Shown here piece after piece: positions 1-9,894 of a DNA stretch of 56,925 nucleotides. A program made the position numbers and the translations under genes. Numbering within the stretch: the first letter of the stretch is position 1; the number at the start of each line of letters is the position of its first letter. This DNA comes from Aureliella sp. (GTDB lineage Bacteria > Planctomycetota > Planctomycetia > Pirellulales > Pirellulaceae). Where the stretch lies: NCBI GenBank assembly GCA_051960375.1, contig JBQCEI010000648.1, forward strand, positions 1 through 56,925, read 5' to 3'. The notes under the pieces were generated by a model. The model was not told where the DNA came from and searched no databases. It saw only the letters and a program-made list of their open reading frames with translations.

Positions 1-479
1 CGCAGCTTGTGGAGCGGCACAAGCGCGAGCCCTCGCGCTTCGTGGGCGGCCGGGCCTGCGCGTCCCGCGAGCGCATGGCTCTTCACCCGAGCCGCCGCGC
101 CCCGTACGCCGATTCTCGTCCAGCGCCACGGGACGTCGACGTCATGCGTGAGCGCGACGGCGAACCGTGCTCCCCGGTAGAGCTGCGGCTCTACGCCGAG
201 CTCCCGCCGCAGACGCTCGAGCGGTGGGTCGAGCGGGTCGAGGCACGAGGAAGCGGCGAGAAAGCGTCCGTGCTTGTCCCGCTCCGCTCCGCGCTCCTCC
301 ACCCGGGCGAGATGGAAGAAGCCCGCCGCGAGCGCGTCACCCTTCGGGAGCTCGCCGCGCTCGACGGCCTCCCACGCCTCGGGCCGGTACGGCACGTCGT
401 CGCCGAGACGCAGGCCGGGGGCCCCCACCATGTCGAGCACCCAGCGCGCCCGCTGCCCGACAGAAGCGGGGATCGCCAC
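1..479 (-). CDS. Polysaccharide deacetylase / DUF7033-like protein, 5' part (runs off the window edge; not in ORF track)
   Basis: Hand translation from GTG at 479: VAIPASVGQRARWVLDMVG...AAGFFHLARVEERGAERDKHGRF...FAVALTHDVDVPWRW...; FF.L.R.EE, DxHGRF and LTHDVD match this family; no stop to base 1. Confidence 0.7.
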   Translation of the reverse strand, partial: MAIPASVGQRARWVLDMVGAPGLRLGDDVPYRPEAWEAVERGELPKGDALAAGFFHLARVEERGAERDKHGRFLAASSCLDPLDPPLERLRRELGVEPQLYRGARFAVALTHDVDVPWRWTRIGVRGAAARVKSHALAGRAGPAAHEARGLALVPLHKL

Positions 480-485
480 GGCGCG

Positions 486-491
486 AGTGTA
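486..491 (-). promoter_or_regulatory. Putative -10 box (TACACT) of a leaderless transcript
   Basis: TACACT is 6 nt upstream of GTG 479 and there is no Shine-Dalgarno, an arrangement typical of Actinobacteria. Confidence 0.4.
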
Positions 492-517
492 GTGCCGGAA
501 ACGGATTGACCCGCCAT

Positions 518-889
518 GAGCTGCCCAACGAAGTGCTCAGCGACACGACCAATGCCGAGGGCCAACGCTTCATCAACTGGAAATACAGGCTGGGCCAACG
601 CCTCGAGCTGAAGATTCCGGTCGAGCAGTGGCCCGATCAAATCGTTTTGCCGGTCGAAGCGGTGGTGAAGGATGGAGCCGATTGGTACGTGTTTGTCCAG
701 AACGGATCTCACTTCCATCGCACGCCGGTGCACGTCCAGTACCGCGATCAAAGCTCCGCGGTGATTGCTAACGATGGCTCGATTTTCCCCGGCGATGTCG
801 TCGCCATGCGGTCTGCTCATCAGATGCAGATGGCGATCAAGAACAAGTCGGGCGGCGGCGCTGATCCGCACGCAGGCCACAATCACTAG
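518..889 (+). pseudogene. C-terminal fragment of an RND periplasmic adaptor (MFP); 5' part missing
   Basis: ELPNEV...WKYRLGQRLELKIPVEQWPDQIVLPVEAVVKDGADWYVFVQNG...IANDGSIFPG...HAGHNH* aligns by eye with the C-terminus of the MFP at 15735-17132; ends 17 nt before the RND gene. Confidence 0.8.
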
Positions 890-906
890 AAGGGAATGGC
901 TCTCCG

Positions 907-3900
907 ATGCTCAATGCAGTAATACGTTTTGCACTTCGCCAGCGGATGCTCGTGATAGCCATCGCGCTGTTCCTGATTGGTTACGGCACGTGGCACATCA
1001 CGGTAATGCCGATCGATGTGTTTCCGGACCTGAACCGTCCCCGGGTGGTGATCATGACGGAAGCACCGGGCATGGCACCTGAGGAAGTCGAATCCCTCAT
1101 TACTTTCCCGATCGAAACGACGATGAACGGCGCCAACGGTGTCGAGGCAGTCCGCAGCTCATCGGGAGTCGGCATCTCGGTGATCTACGTCGAATTCGCC
1201 TATGGCACCGACATCTACACCGACCGGCAGATCGTCGCCGAGCGGATGCAGATGGTTCAAGATCGCCTGCCGGCCGGCATCGCCCCGCAGCTGGCTCCCA
1301 TCTCTTCGATCATGGGTCAGATTTTGATGCTCGGCATGTGGAGTAACGACCCGAGCATCGATCCGATGGAACTTCGAACCACGGCCGACTGGGTCGTGCG
1401 GCAGCGTTTGCTCACGATACCGGGTGTTTCGCAGGTCTTTACGATGGGCGGCCAGCGCAAGCAGTTTCAAGTTCTGGTCAATCCCGATGCGATGCTTCGC
1501 TACGGCGTCACGCTTGAAGAGGTTGAAAAGGCGGTCACCGAAAGCAACGAAAACGGAACCGGCGGCTACCTCGATCGGCAAGGGCCCAACGAGCTGCTGG
1601 TGCGGTCGCTAGGACGCATCCAGTCGCTCAGCGATCTAGCCAAGATCCCTGTTACGATTCGCGACGGTCGACCGGTGCTGCTGTCTCAGGTAGCCGAAGT
1701 CGTCGAAGGCGCCCAGGTCAAACGCGGCGACAGCTCGGCATTCGTTCGCGCCGGCACGCACGAAGGCGCTGAGCTCGCCGGCACTGAAAGGGCCGACGCT
1801 GAGAAACCCAGCGGCTCGCCCGAGTCGGCTTGGCGCGGCGGCCCGGCCGTCGTGCTGACGATCAACAAGCAGCCCGGCGCGGACACGCGGTTCGTAACCG
1901 ACGAGATCATGCGGGCGGTCGAAGAACTCTCGCCGACGCTTCCCAAGGGAACGCAGATCGTGCCGGTCTATTCGCAAAAATCGTTCATCGACCGGGCCAT
2001 CGAAAACGTAGTGGAGGCCCTGCGCGATGGGGCGATACTGGTTGTGATCATCCTCTTGCTGTTCTTGATGAACATCCGCACGACCTTCATCACCCTGACC
2101 GCGATTCCGCTGTCGCTAGTAATGACCGCCCTGGTCTTCGCGGCCTTTGGTTTGTCGATCAACACGATGACCCTGGGCGGCATCGCTGTGGCAATGGGCG
2201 AACTGGTCGATGATGCGATTGTCGACGTCGAAAACATTTTCAGGCGTTTGGCCGAGAATCGCGCGGCCGCCCGGCCGCTCAATCCGCTGCTAGTCGTCTA
2301 CCGGGCCAGTGCCGAAGTGCGACGCTCGATCGTCTTTGGCACGATGGTCGTCATTCTCGTCTTCATCCCGCTCTTTGCGCTCGGTGGCATGGAAGGCAAG
2401 CTGTTCGCGCCGCTGGGTATCGCTTACATCGTTTCGATCCTTTCATCGCTGATCGTCTCGCTGACCGTCACGCCAGTGCTGTCGTACTGGTTGCTCGGTC
2501 AGAACAAGACGCGGGGACACAGCCATGACGGTTTCGTCCTGCGAGGGCTGAAGGTCGTCGGCGAAAAGGTCATTCGCTTCAGCCTCGCGTATTCGAAGTC
2601 CATCTTGGCGGTGACGCTCATCATGGTGGCCATTGCAGGGCTATTCGTATCGCGTTTGGAGCGAGACTTCCTGCCTCCCTTCAACGAGGGAACGATTCAG
2701 CTCAACGTCGTCCTGCCGCCGGGAACGTCGCTCTCAGCCTCGAACGCCATCGTGCGCACGGTCGAGGAATCGCTGAAGCAGATCGACGACGTGCAGCGCT
2801 TTGCCCGACGCACCGGCCGAGCCGAACTGGACGAGCATGCTGAAGGGGTGAACATGAGCGAGTGCATCATCGAACTCGATCCGCATTCGCCCCGCTCGCG
2901 CGAAGAGCAGCTTGTCGAGATTCGTGAAGCGATGGCCGAGATTCCTGGCATCGTCACGGCGGTCGAACAGCCGATCGCTCACTTGATCTCCCACATGATC
3001 TCAGGCGTAAAAGCCCAAGTCGGCATCAAGGTCTTCGGCGACGATCTCGACCTGCTCCGTCAGAAGGCCGAGCAGATCAAAGCCGAGATGACGCGAGTGC
3101 CCGGAGTGGCCGATGCGCTGGTCGAACCGCAGGTGATTATCCCTCAGCTCCGCATCGAGCTCAATCGCGATCAGTTGTTGCGGTATGGTCTCACTGCCGC
3201 GACGGTGAACGACTACATCGAGACGGCGATGAACGGCAAAGTCGTCTCAGAAGTGCTCGAGGGGATGCGGACGTTCGACTTGCTCGTGCGCATGAAGGAA
3301 GACTACCGCGAGAATCTCGAAGCGCTCAAGCGGCTGTCGATCCAGCTCCCCGAGGGGAGCACGTTGCCGCTGTCGGCGCTGGCTAATATTTACGAATCGG
3401 GCGGGCCCAATACGGTCAACCGCGAGAACGTGCGGCGCCGCGTGGTGATCCAGTGCAACGTCGCCGGCCGCGGCGTCGTCGATGTCGTCACCGACATTCA
3501 GAAGGCGATCAAGCCGATCGTCGCTTCATTGCCCTCGGGATACTTCGTCGAATACGGAGGCCAGTTCCAGAGCCAGCAGAGCGCCAGCCGAGTGATCGGC
3601 GTGCTGTTTGTCGTCGCCATGCTCGGCGTCTTCCTGGTGCTCTTCACGCTGTTCCGTTCGGTGAACTTGTCGCTGCAAGGGATGGCCGCCTTGCCGATGG
3701 CCTTCATCGGTTCGGTGGTCGCGCTGGTGCTGACCGGCCAGACGCTCACCATCGCTTCCATGGTCGGCTTTATCTCGCTGGCCGGCATCGCATCGCGGAA
3801 CGGCATCTTGCTGCTGCAGCACTACGTGCATCTGGTCGAGCATGAAGGCGAACAGTTCACACACAGCATGATCGTCCGCGGCGGTCTGGAGCGGCTCGCG

Positions 3901-4191
3901 CCGGTACTGATGACCGCGCTGACAGCCGGCATCGGCCTGGTGCCGCTGGTGCTTTCAGCGGGCGAACCTGGCAAGGAGATTTTGTATCCGGTCGCGACCG
4001 TGATCCTGGGGGGCGTGATCAGTTCGACGCTGCTCGACTTCTTCGTCCACCCCGCGCTGTTCTGGCTCTTCGGCCGCAAATCGGCCGAGAGGATCGTCAG
4101 CGAGGCCCACAACGAAGTGGTCCTTGACGAGGAGGACATCGTACCGGCCAACCATGTGCCTACTGGGGCCCACGGAGTGGCAGCCGATTGA
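907..4191 (+). CDS. CusA/CzcA-family heavy-metal RND efflux permease
   Basis: 1094 aa; PIDVFPDL, GELVDDAIVDVENI, GIASRNGILL, ERLAPVLMTAL motifs. Confidence 0.95.
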   Translation: MLNAVIRFALRQRMLVIAIALFLIGYGTWHITVMPIDVFPDLNRPRVVIMTEAPGMAPEEVESLITFPIETTMNGANGVEAVRSSSGVGISVIYVEFAYGTDIYTDRQIVAERMQMVQDRLPAGIAPQLAPISSIMGQILMLGMWSNDPSIDPMELRTTADWVVRQRLLTIPGVSQVFTMGGQRKQFQVLVNPDAMLRYGVTLEEVEKAVTESNENGTGGYLDRQGPNELLVRSLGRIQSLSDLAKIPVTIRDGRPVLLSQVAEVVEGAQVKRGDSSAFVRAGTHEGAELAGTERADAEKPSGSPESAWRGGPAVVLTINKQPGADTRFVTDEIMRAVEELSPTLPKGTQIVPVYSQKSFIDRAIENVVEALRDGAILVVIILLLFLMNIRTTFITLTAIPLSLVMTALVFAAFGLSINTMTLGGIAVAMGELVDDAIVDVENIFRRLAENRAAARPLNPLLVVYRASAEVRRSIVFGTMVVILVFIPLFALGGMEGKLFAPLGIAYIVSILSSLIVSLTVTPVLSYWLLGQNKTRGHSHDGFVLRGLKVVGEKVIRFSLAYSKSILAVTLIMVAIAGLFVSRLERDFLPPFNEGTIQLNVVLPPGTSLSASNAIVRTVEESLKQIDDVQRFARRTGRAELDEHAEGVNMSECIIELDPHSPRSREEQLVEIREAMAEIPGIVTAVEQPIAHLISHMISGVKAQVGIKVFGDDLDLLRQKAEQIKAEMTRVPGVADALVEPQVIIPQLRIELNRDQLLRYGLTAATVNDYIETAMNGKVVSEVLEGMRTFDLLVRMKEDYRENLEALKRLSIQLPEGSTLPLSALANIYESGGPNTVNRENVRRRVVIQCNVAGRGVVDVVTDIQKAIKPIVASLPSGYFVEYGGQFQSQQSASRVIGVLFVVAMLGVFLVLFTLFRSVNLSLQGMAALPMAFIGSVVALVLTGQTLTIASMVGFISLAGIASRNGILLLQHYVHLVEHEGEQFTHSMIVRGGLERLAPVLMTALTAGIGLVPLVLSAGEPGKEILYPVATVILGGVISSTLLDFFVHPALFWLFGRKSAERIVSEAHNEVVLDEEDIVPANHVPTGAHGVAAD

Positions 4192-4262
4192 AGCGCGACA
4201 AACCTTCATCTACTTCAGCAAACTTGGTCTCTTCGTGATGGCTTTTGAAAAGGAGAAACGCT

Positions 4263-4922
4263 GTGAAACGGATTGTTTTGAAAAGCATGTTGGCGGCTTG
4301 TATCGCCTGTTCAGCGACGTTTGTCCCGGCAACTGCGCAGGAGCACGACCACTCACACGATGGTCATGATCACGCTGCCCCGGGGCACGTGCATACCGGA
4401 GAATCGGTGGCGTATCAGTTGGCCGCCTGGAAGTCGCTCCACTTTGATGACGCTCAGAAGGCCGCACAGCATGCGGCAACAGTCAAGAAGCTGGGCTGCG
4501 AAGTCCGTCAAAGCGCTCACTCGGGGCATACCGATGTCAGCTACCGTTGCCCCGAATGGAAAACGCTGGCCGTGGCTAATCACCAGTTGGCCGCGCAGTG
4601 GATCGGCTGGCTGAAGGGCTCAGGGTTTGACGTCTCGCACGCTCATCCGGCGTCTCAATTCGCAACCGGGCCGGAAGCCGTTGAGTTCAGGTTGATCAAA
4701 TGGAAGTCGTTGCATGGCACGAATTCCCCACAAGAAACGCAGCTCGTGAACCAACTGAAAACGATCGGCTGCGAGGTAGCGGTTGAACAGCACAATGGAC
4801 ACTCGGACATTCGCTTTCGAGCTCCCACCTGGCGCGATATCCACGTGGCCGATCACGCCAGCGCGGAGCAGTGGTCGACTTGGTTGGAGCAAAACGGTTT
4901 CGAAGTTCATCACAGTCACTGA
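4263..4922 (+). CDS. Secreted His-rich repeat protein (candidate metal-binding protein)
   Basis: GTG after AAGGAG; signal peptide; EHDHSHDGHDH; four WK/R.(L/I)....LK..G(C/F)(E/D)V repeats; directly after the RND gene. Confidence 0.8.
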   Translation: MKRIVLKSMLAACIACSATFVPATAQEHDHSHDGHDHAAPGHVHTGESVAYQLAAWKSLHFDDAQKAAQHAATVKKLGCEVRQSAHSGHTDVSYRCPEWKTLAVANHQLAAQWIGWLKGSGFDVSHAHPASQFATGPEAVEFRLIKWKSLHGTNSPQETQLVNQLKTIGCEVAVEQHNGHSDIRFRAPTWRDIHVADHASAEQWSTWLEQNGFEVHHSH

Positions 4923-5052
4923 GCCGTTCGATTGCTTTGATTCGGGCTCGCCCGCACTTCAGCATCGTTCTTAACCACCGTATGCGAAGTTTCCTTGAGC
5001 GATGGGAAACCAAGCCCTCGAGTAATCGCTTTCCCCCAATGGAACCCTTGTT

Positions 5053-5604
5053 ATGAAAAAGAAATGGTGCTTTGCTCTTCTCTTAGGTGCGCTTCCGATT
5101 TTCAGCGGTTGCGGTAACCCATCAGCCGCTCCAGCGGGCGGTGCAGTCAACATCGATGGGCCGCCTCCGGCGACGGTCGACGCGCACGGCCATCCATCCG
5201 AAGGGCCCCATCACGGCGCACTGGTCGAGCTCGGCAACGAGGAGTTTCATGCCGAAGTCGTTCATTCAGCCGACACGGTGACGGTTTACATCCTCGATGC
5301 TTCGGCCTCCAAGGCGGTGCCGATCGATGCCCAGGACGTGACGATCAACGTCGTACATGACAACCAACCTGAGCAGTTCAAACTGGCGGCCAGCCCCGAA
5401 GCGTCCGATGGAGCAGGAAAGTCGTCGCGTTTTGCACTGCAGGACTCCGAACTGGTCGAGCACTTGGACACTCCTGCGGCTGCTCCCAAGCTGATGATCA
5501 CCATCAACGGCACACCTTACCGTGGCGAAGTACACCACGACCATGATCATGCGGGACATGATCATGCGGGACACGATCATGATCACGAAGGACACGATCA
5601 CTAA
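5053..5604 (+). CDS. His-rich lipoprotein, RND accessory
   Basis: Lipobox FSGC; HGHPSEGPHHG...FHAE; poly-HDH tail; paralog of 11667-12182. Confidence 0.85.
   Translation: MKKKWCFALLLGALPIFSGCGNPSAAPAGGAVNIDGPPPATVDAHGHPSEGPHHGALVELGNEEFHAEVVHSADTVTVYILDASASKAVPIDAQDVTINVVHDNQPEQFKLAASPEASDGAGKSSRFALQDSELVEHLDTPAAAPKLMITINGTPYRGEVHHDHDHAGHDHAGHDHDHEGHDH
5542..5601 (+). repeat. Coding tandem repeat encoding a His/Asp tail
   Basis: CATGATCATGCGGGA x2 (5542-5571) followed by degenerate units. Confidence 0.7.
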
Positions 5605-5783
5605 AGCCCTAATCGTGACGAGATAGAGCGGGCTAGCTTTTCGCGCTGCCCTTGGCGTCTTACTGGTCATCGAGTTGCGTTTCCCTTCTGGGAAAGCGCC
5701 ACGAGCCATCAAGACGCCGAGCCGGCAGCGCTAGCCAGGAATACAAATATTGCAGGACACCGGGAATTCTGCGAACCCGTGGC

Positions 5784-6755
5784 TCACCTGGTAAAGCGAT
5801 ACGTTCTTGCGGGCGGGAAGATGTTCAACCCTTTGTCTTGCAGCGTCCGCGGCCCGCTGGGTGCGAGCGATGAAGGCGGAAGTTCAACTGGAGCCCCTGC
5901 GGCACCGTACATCGTCTGTGCAGGAACTGGGGCCACTTGTGGAAGAACCGAGGCCGCGTCTTTCAGGACTTCAACGGTTGTCGATTTGACCACTCCGTCT
6001 TCTATCTGGTAGGTGACCTTTGCCTGCTCGGGAGGCACTGGAGAGCGGAGGGCGAAGTCTAAGATCGTATGAGTGAGCCGAGAGAGTTCGGCAACATTCT
6101 CGGGGGCTACCCAAACGTATGTCGAGCCATGATTCCCGACGTAGGCAGCCGATTTCGGTACATCCCGTTTCCTACCAACTCCAAACCATCCCGTCCGAGG
6201 CATTCGACAGCAGTACTCGGCCTCTCCGTAAAACTCACGAAACAGGTCCTCGCAAGAGCGGCACTCGCCACACGTGCACGTTTTTCCGGTGGCAGCTTGA
6301 TATGCGCATTGCATTCGACGAAGCTTGTCAGCTTCATTTACGGATTCCAAGTTCCAGTTGCCGGATGTGCCTCGAGATCCGTTGGCTCCAAGCGTTGTAC
6401 CAACGAGTGTGGACGGGTCCCATTCGAATCCCAACGATCCTTCGCTATTGGTGTCAACCTGCGTGAAGCCGCCGGTCGGTATCGCGAAGTGCGGTAAAGC
6501 GTGTGGGTTGTCGCAGCACTGCGCAAGATTATCAAGTACTTGCCGATATTGAAGGTCGGAGAGCGTTGAAGCTTGGCGAGTCGTGATCCTGCGCAATTGG
6601 AGGTGTTGACAGCCATTCAAAAAGAGCAGTGCAATTGACAGCATACATAGGGTGCTGAACTTTCCGCCGCATGCGTCGGGATAAATCAAAGAAGACAAAC
6701 TCGGCCCACGGAAGCGGATTAAGATCATGCCCGGTTCCCTCCATTGGCAGTGCAC
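5784..6755 (-). CDS. Hypothetical (lipo)protein; true start probably 6728 or 6644
   Basis: LLFLNGC lipobox-like segment, QASTLSDLQYRQVLDNLA domain, Cys cluster. Confidence 0.65.
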   Translation of the reverse strand: MHCQWREPGMILIRFRGPSLSSLIYPDACGGKFSTLCMLSIALLFLNGCQHLQLRRITTRQASTLSDLQYRQVLDNLAQCCDNPHALPHFAIPTGGFTQVDTNSEGSLGFEWDPSTLVGTTLGANGSRGTSGNWNLESVNEADKLRRMQCAYQAATGKTCTCGECRSCEDLFREFYGEAEYCCRMPRTGWFGVGRKRDVPKSAAYVGNHGSTYVWVAPENVAELSRLTHTILDFALRSPVPPEQAKVTYQIEDGVVKSTTVEVLKDAASVLPQVAPVPAQTMYGAAGAPVELPPSSLAPSGPRTLQDKGLNIFPPARTYRFTR

Positions 6756-7181
6756 AAATCCCGTAAGTCGATATTCGACTCGAGTGGATTAATACTTCCG
6801 CGATTTTGCGCAACGCCCCAGGAATTCCGCTCGCTAAATACCGTAGTTTGACTTGCCTTCAATTCACACCAGTCGACATCGTCGATGGACCTAGCGGGCG
6901 AGGTGGCAAGACGAATCGACGGGTGCCGGCCGATGCTCATTACGGGCCGACTCACCGCTTGCTGTAGATCTCGTGGAGACACCAATTTGATCACGCCGGC
7001 GTCAACTTGACTACAACACGACAAATGACGCCGTCAGTGGGCCATTAGACAATTCGCAGGAGATTCTGAACTTCTGTGCGTATTTATGGTCGAGGTCCAG
7101 TATGTGCCATGGAGAGTTGGTTGGCCTCGGAGAACGGGTTCTCCGAGGCCGTCTCAACTGTCCCTACCACCGGAGTCAATC

Positions 7182-7529
7182 ATGAAGATCGCTTTTAGCT
7201 CTGTTGTCGGTTGCCTTGCGCTTTGCTTTGCGGCAGCGCCTCGCGCCAGCGCGCAGTACCCCTTCTATGGCCCTCAAAGCTATAGCCAAGTCGCCCATGG
7301 GCAAGGTCATCACGACCACCATTACCGGCCGTCGCCCATGCAGTACTATTCGGGAAGCCAGTATTCGCCCAACGTAGGCAACTGGCCCGTCTATGGTGCC
7401 GGCGCGATCCTTTCGCAACCCGTCGCTCCGCCGAATCCGGCCTACTACTCCAACAGCACCTACTACGGCGTGCCGTCGGTTCACCATCGCGGATGGCACC
7501 CTGGCCATTATCTGCTCGGCCATCATTGA
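7182..7529 (+). CDS. Small secreted Tyr/Pro/His-rich protein
   Basis: ATG after GGAG; signal peptide ending ASA-Q; HHDHH and WHPGHYLLGHH. Confidence 0.65.
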   Translation: MKIAFSSVVGCLALCFAAAPRASAQYPFYGPQSYSQVAHGQGHHDHHYRPSPMQYYSGSQYSPNVGNWPVYGAGAILSQPVAPPNPAYYSNSTYYGVPSVHHRGWHPGHYLLGHH

Positions 7530-7672
7530 TCAAAATTTAAGGCCACCTTATCTATCGAACTGGCGAATCCAGCGGGATTCGCCAGTTCATCCTCCAGGTC
7601 CACCCACGCTCACTGCCTGAGCCGAGGCAAAAGTCAGGACGAGCGCAATTCCCAGGGCGATTCCAATCGACC

Positions 7673-8011
7673 TTAGATCTCTCGAGGCCCGAATGCGAGC
7701 CAAGCCCCAATCGGTATGGCGGCCAGCGCGATGCCGGCAGCGAGTGCCCACCAGAAACTCAAGCCGAGCCGCGGCGCCATTGCGAGTGGTATGAACACCG
7801 GGAGACCAAGTGGCACGAGAACCAATGTTTCTCGCGCGAACCGCGAGATGACGGCCAAGTCATGGTCCCTTTCCCAGGTGAGGATGAAAGCCAGGATACT
7901 GACGATCGGCAGCGTCAGCACAAAGGCGCCAAGCCGCGGGAAACGCGGCGCCAAGTTGGTTACGGCAGCCAACACCACCGCCGCGATGAGGATCTTGATC
8001 CAACTCCACAT
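7673..8011 (-). CDS. Small membrane protein (DUF3147-like)
   Basis: ATG after GGAGAAC; 112 aa; LGAFVLTLPIVSILAF; about 4 hydrophobic segments. Confidence 0.75.
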   Translation of the reverse strand: MWSWIKILIAAVVLAAVTNLAPRFPRLGAFVLTLPIVSILAFILTWERDHDLAVISRFARETLVLVPLGLPVFIPLAMAPRLGLSFWWALAAGIALAAIPIGAWLAFGPREI

Positions 8012-8252
8012 TGTAGTTCTCCGCTCGCTGCTGGTACCTGCACCCACCGACATACTCGATAAAGTGCGATGGCGGACATCTCGCTTGTTGTCGCCGTTCT
8101 TTTTCTTCCGAACCGGCCAGCATACGACGTGCCTGCGCTCGTGCCCGCGAAAGCCTGGACGCCGTGCCAGTTGAGCATCTTCGCGGCATGCAGCTTGCGG
8201 GGTGTTCGCGCTACGGCGTCCGATTTGGGCCCATCGACGAGTGTAGGTAGCA

Positions 8253-8972
8253 ATGAATAGCATCTCTCAGGTCCTCCTGTATGCCGGCGGCGCAGCCTCG
8301 GCGGCCATTTTGGGTGGCATCGCGGCGGTCGTGTGGCCGCCTAGTGCCCGCTTCCGCAGTTACATACAACATTTCGCCGCCGGAATTGTGTTCGCCGCCG
8401 TGGCGGTGGAAGTCTTGCCCGATGTGGTCCATCGTGAGGAGCCGTTTGCGGCCGCTGTGGGCTTTGCTCTGGGCGTAGCCGCGCTGTTGGGCATCCGCCA
8501 ACTCGCCGAGCGCAAAAGCAGCAAACAGGGAAGCGATACTGCCTTTGTCCTCACCGTGGCCATCGACGTATTCATCGACGGCCTACTGCTTGGCCTGGGG
8601 TTTGCCCTTGGCGAGACAGCGGGACTACTACTAGCCATCGCCTTGGGCTGCGAGTTTCTGGCTTTGGGCCTGGCGATGTCGGCTCAACTACGCAAAGACG
8701 GCGTCGGCCGCGGCAAAACGATCTTGGTGATTGGTTGCGTAATGCTGCCAGCGATCGTGAGCGCCTGGGCCGGCTACACGTTCCTGTCGGGGTTCTCCGG
8801 TGGAGTTATGGAGGCGGTGCTGGCCTTTGCCGCCGCAGCCTTGCTCTGGCTGGTCGTCGAGGAACTGCTCGTCGAAGCGCACGAAGTGCCGGAAACGCCA
8901 GTAACCACCAGCCTCTTCTTTGTGGGGTTCCTGTTATTGTTACTGATGGATATGCTGATGAAGGAGTTATAA
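8253..8972 (+). CDS. ZIP-family (GufA/ZupT-like) metal transporter
   Basis: QHFAAGIVFAAVAVEVLP, IDVFIDGLLLG, VVEELLVEAHE; about 8 TM segments. Confidence 0.9.
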   Translation: MNSISQVLLYAGGAASAAILGGIAAVVWPPSARFRSYIQHFAAGIVFAAVAVEVLPDVVHREEPFAAAVGFALGVAALLGIRQLAERKSSKQGSDTAFVLTVAIDVFIDGLLLGLGFALGETAGLLLAIALGCEFLALGLAMSAQLRKDGVGRGKTILVIGCVMLPAIVSAWAGYTFLSGFSGGVMEAVLAFAAAALLWLVVEELLVEAHEVPETPVTTSLFFVGFLLLLLMDMLMKEL

Positions 8973-9697
8973 ATCCTCTCCACCCACTCGGTAAAAGTCG
9001 GGTAGAGTGGGAAGGCGACTGTCCCCGTCCGCCGCTCACTCGCTCCAAGTGGAGACTATTCGACCCGGTCGGCTTGGCTATTCGTTGGCAGGTTGCGTCC
9101 CCGCAAGCCTACCTTGCTTCATCGATCGCTTGCAGTTTGCCATGCGGTCTACCTGAAGTGCAATGGCGCGAGGGTTGATGGCGAGGTAGCGCAAAAAGCA
9201 GCGCAGGTGCCACTCGAGCAACTTCTCATCGAACTTGGGAGTAGGGGCAGCGACTCAGCTCGCATGCAGGTATTCCCGATCTGGTGATCGACCAGCCTTT
9301 CTAGCCGCCTGCTTTGCTCCAGGTCAGCCTCGGACGGCCCATCAGCGATACACGTAAGCTCGCTCGTAGAAGAGGGCAGCGGTAACGCTAGCTGCCACTT
9401 TTCTCCGAGTATTTTACAGTCCAGCCGGAAGCCGAAGTTCATCATCGCTTAGACGCTGCTCCACAGCGTCTCCGACTGCGGACCACCCGTGCAGTCGGCA
9501 ATCAGCCGATAGCAATACCGAGGTAAAAGTTGCATAAGAGGACCCGCCTGCGTCGGATTGGTGAGAAAGCCAAACAGACTCCGATGCAAGGCGGGCCCCG
9601 ATGGAATCACCCGGACTCGGCCCGTTGACGCTTCGGCGCGAGCTTTAGGTACTTGCGTCGCAGGCCAAGGCAATAGTGAGTCGAGTCATAATAGGGA

Positions 9698-9864
9698 TCA
9701 CACTTTAGTGTCTCGGAGCACGAATGCGAGCCATGCGCCGACCGGTACGGCGGCTAGCGCGATGCCGGGCACACGAACGTACCAAGGCGAGGGAACCGCG
9801 GCGCCAGGTTCGTCACCGCAGCCAACACCGTCGCGGCAATGATTTTCCTGCTCCAACTCTACAT
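9698..9864 (-). pseudogene. Decayed, internally deleted paralog of the 7673-8011 gene
   Basis: Reads M*SWSRKIIAATVLAAVTNLAPRFPRLGTFV, then in another frame GIALAAVPVGAWLAF; same GGAGAACTAC upstream. Confidence 0.8.
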
Positions 9865-9894
9865 AGTAGTTCTCCACTTGCCTGAACCCCAAGG

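Noticed and set aside
167-889. 240-aa ORF as a real fusion protein
   Set aside because: N-terminal half is the antisense shadow of the foreign gene; only 518-889 is MFP-like
8901-8910. GTAACCACCA resembling the phage motif core
   Set aside because: Inside the ZIP CDS and lacks the GTGGCCTAG half at the fixed distance
9000-9690. Possible decayed gene or ncRNA after the ZIP gene
   Set aside because: Only short protein-like fragments in several frames; no family recognised
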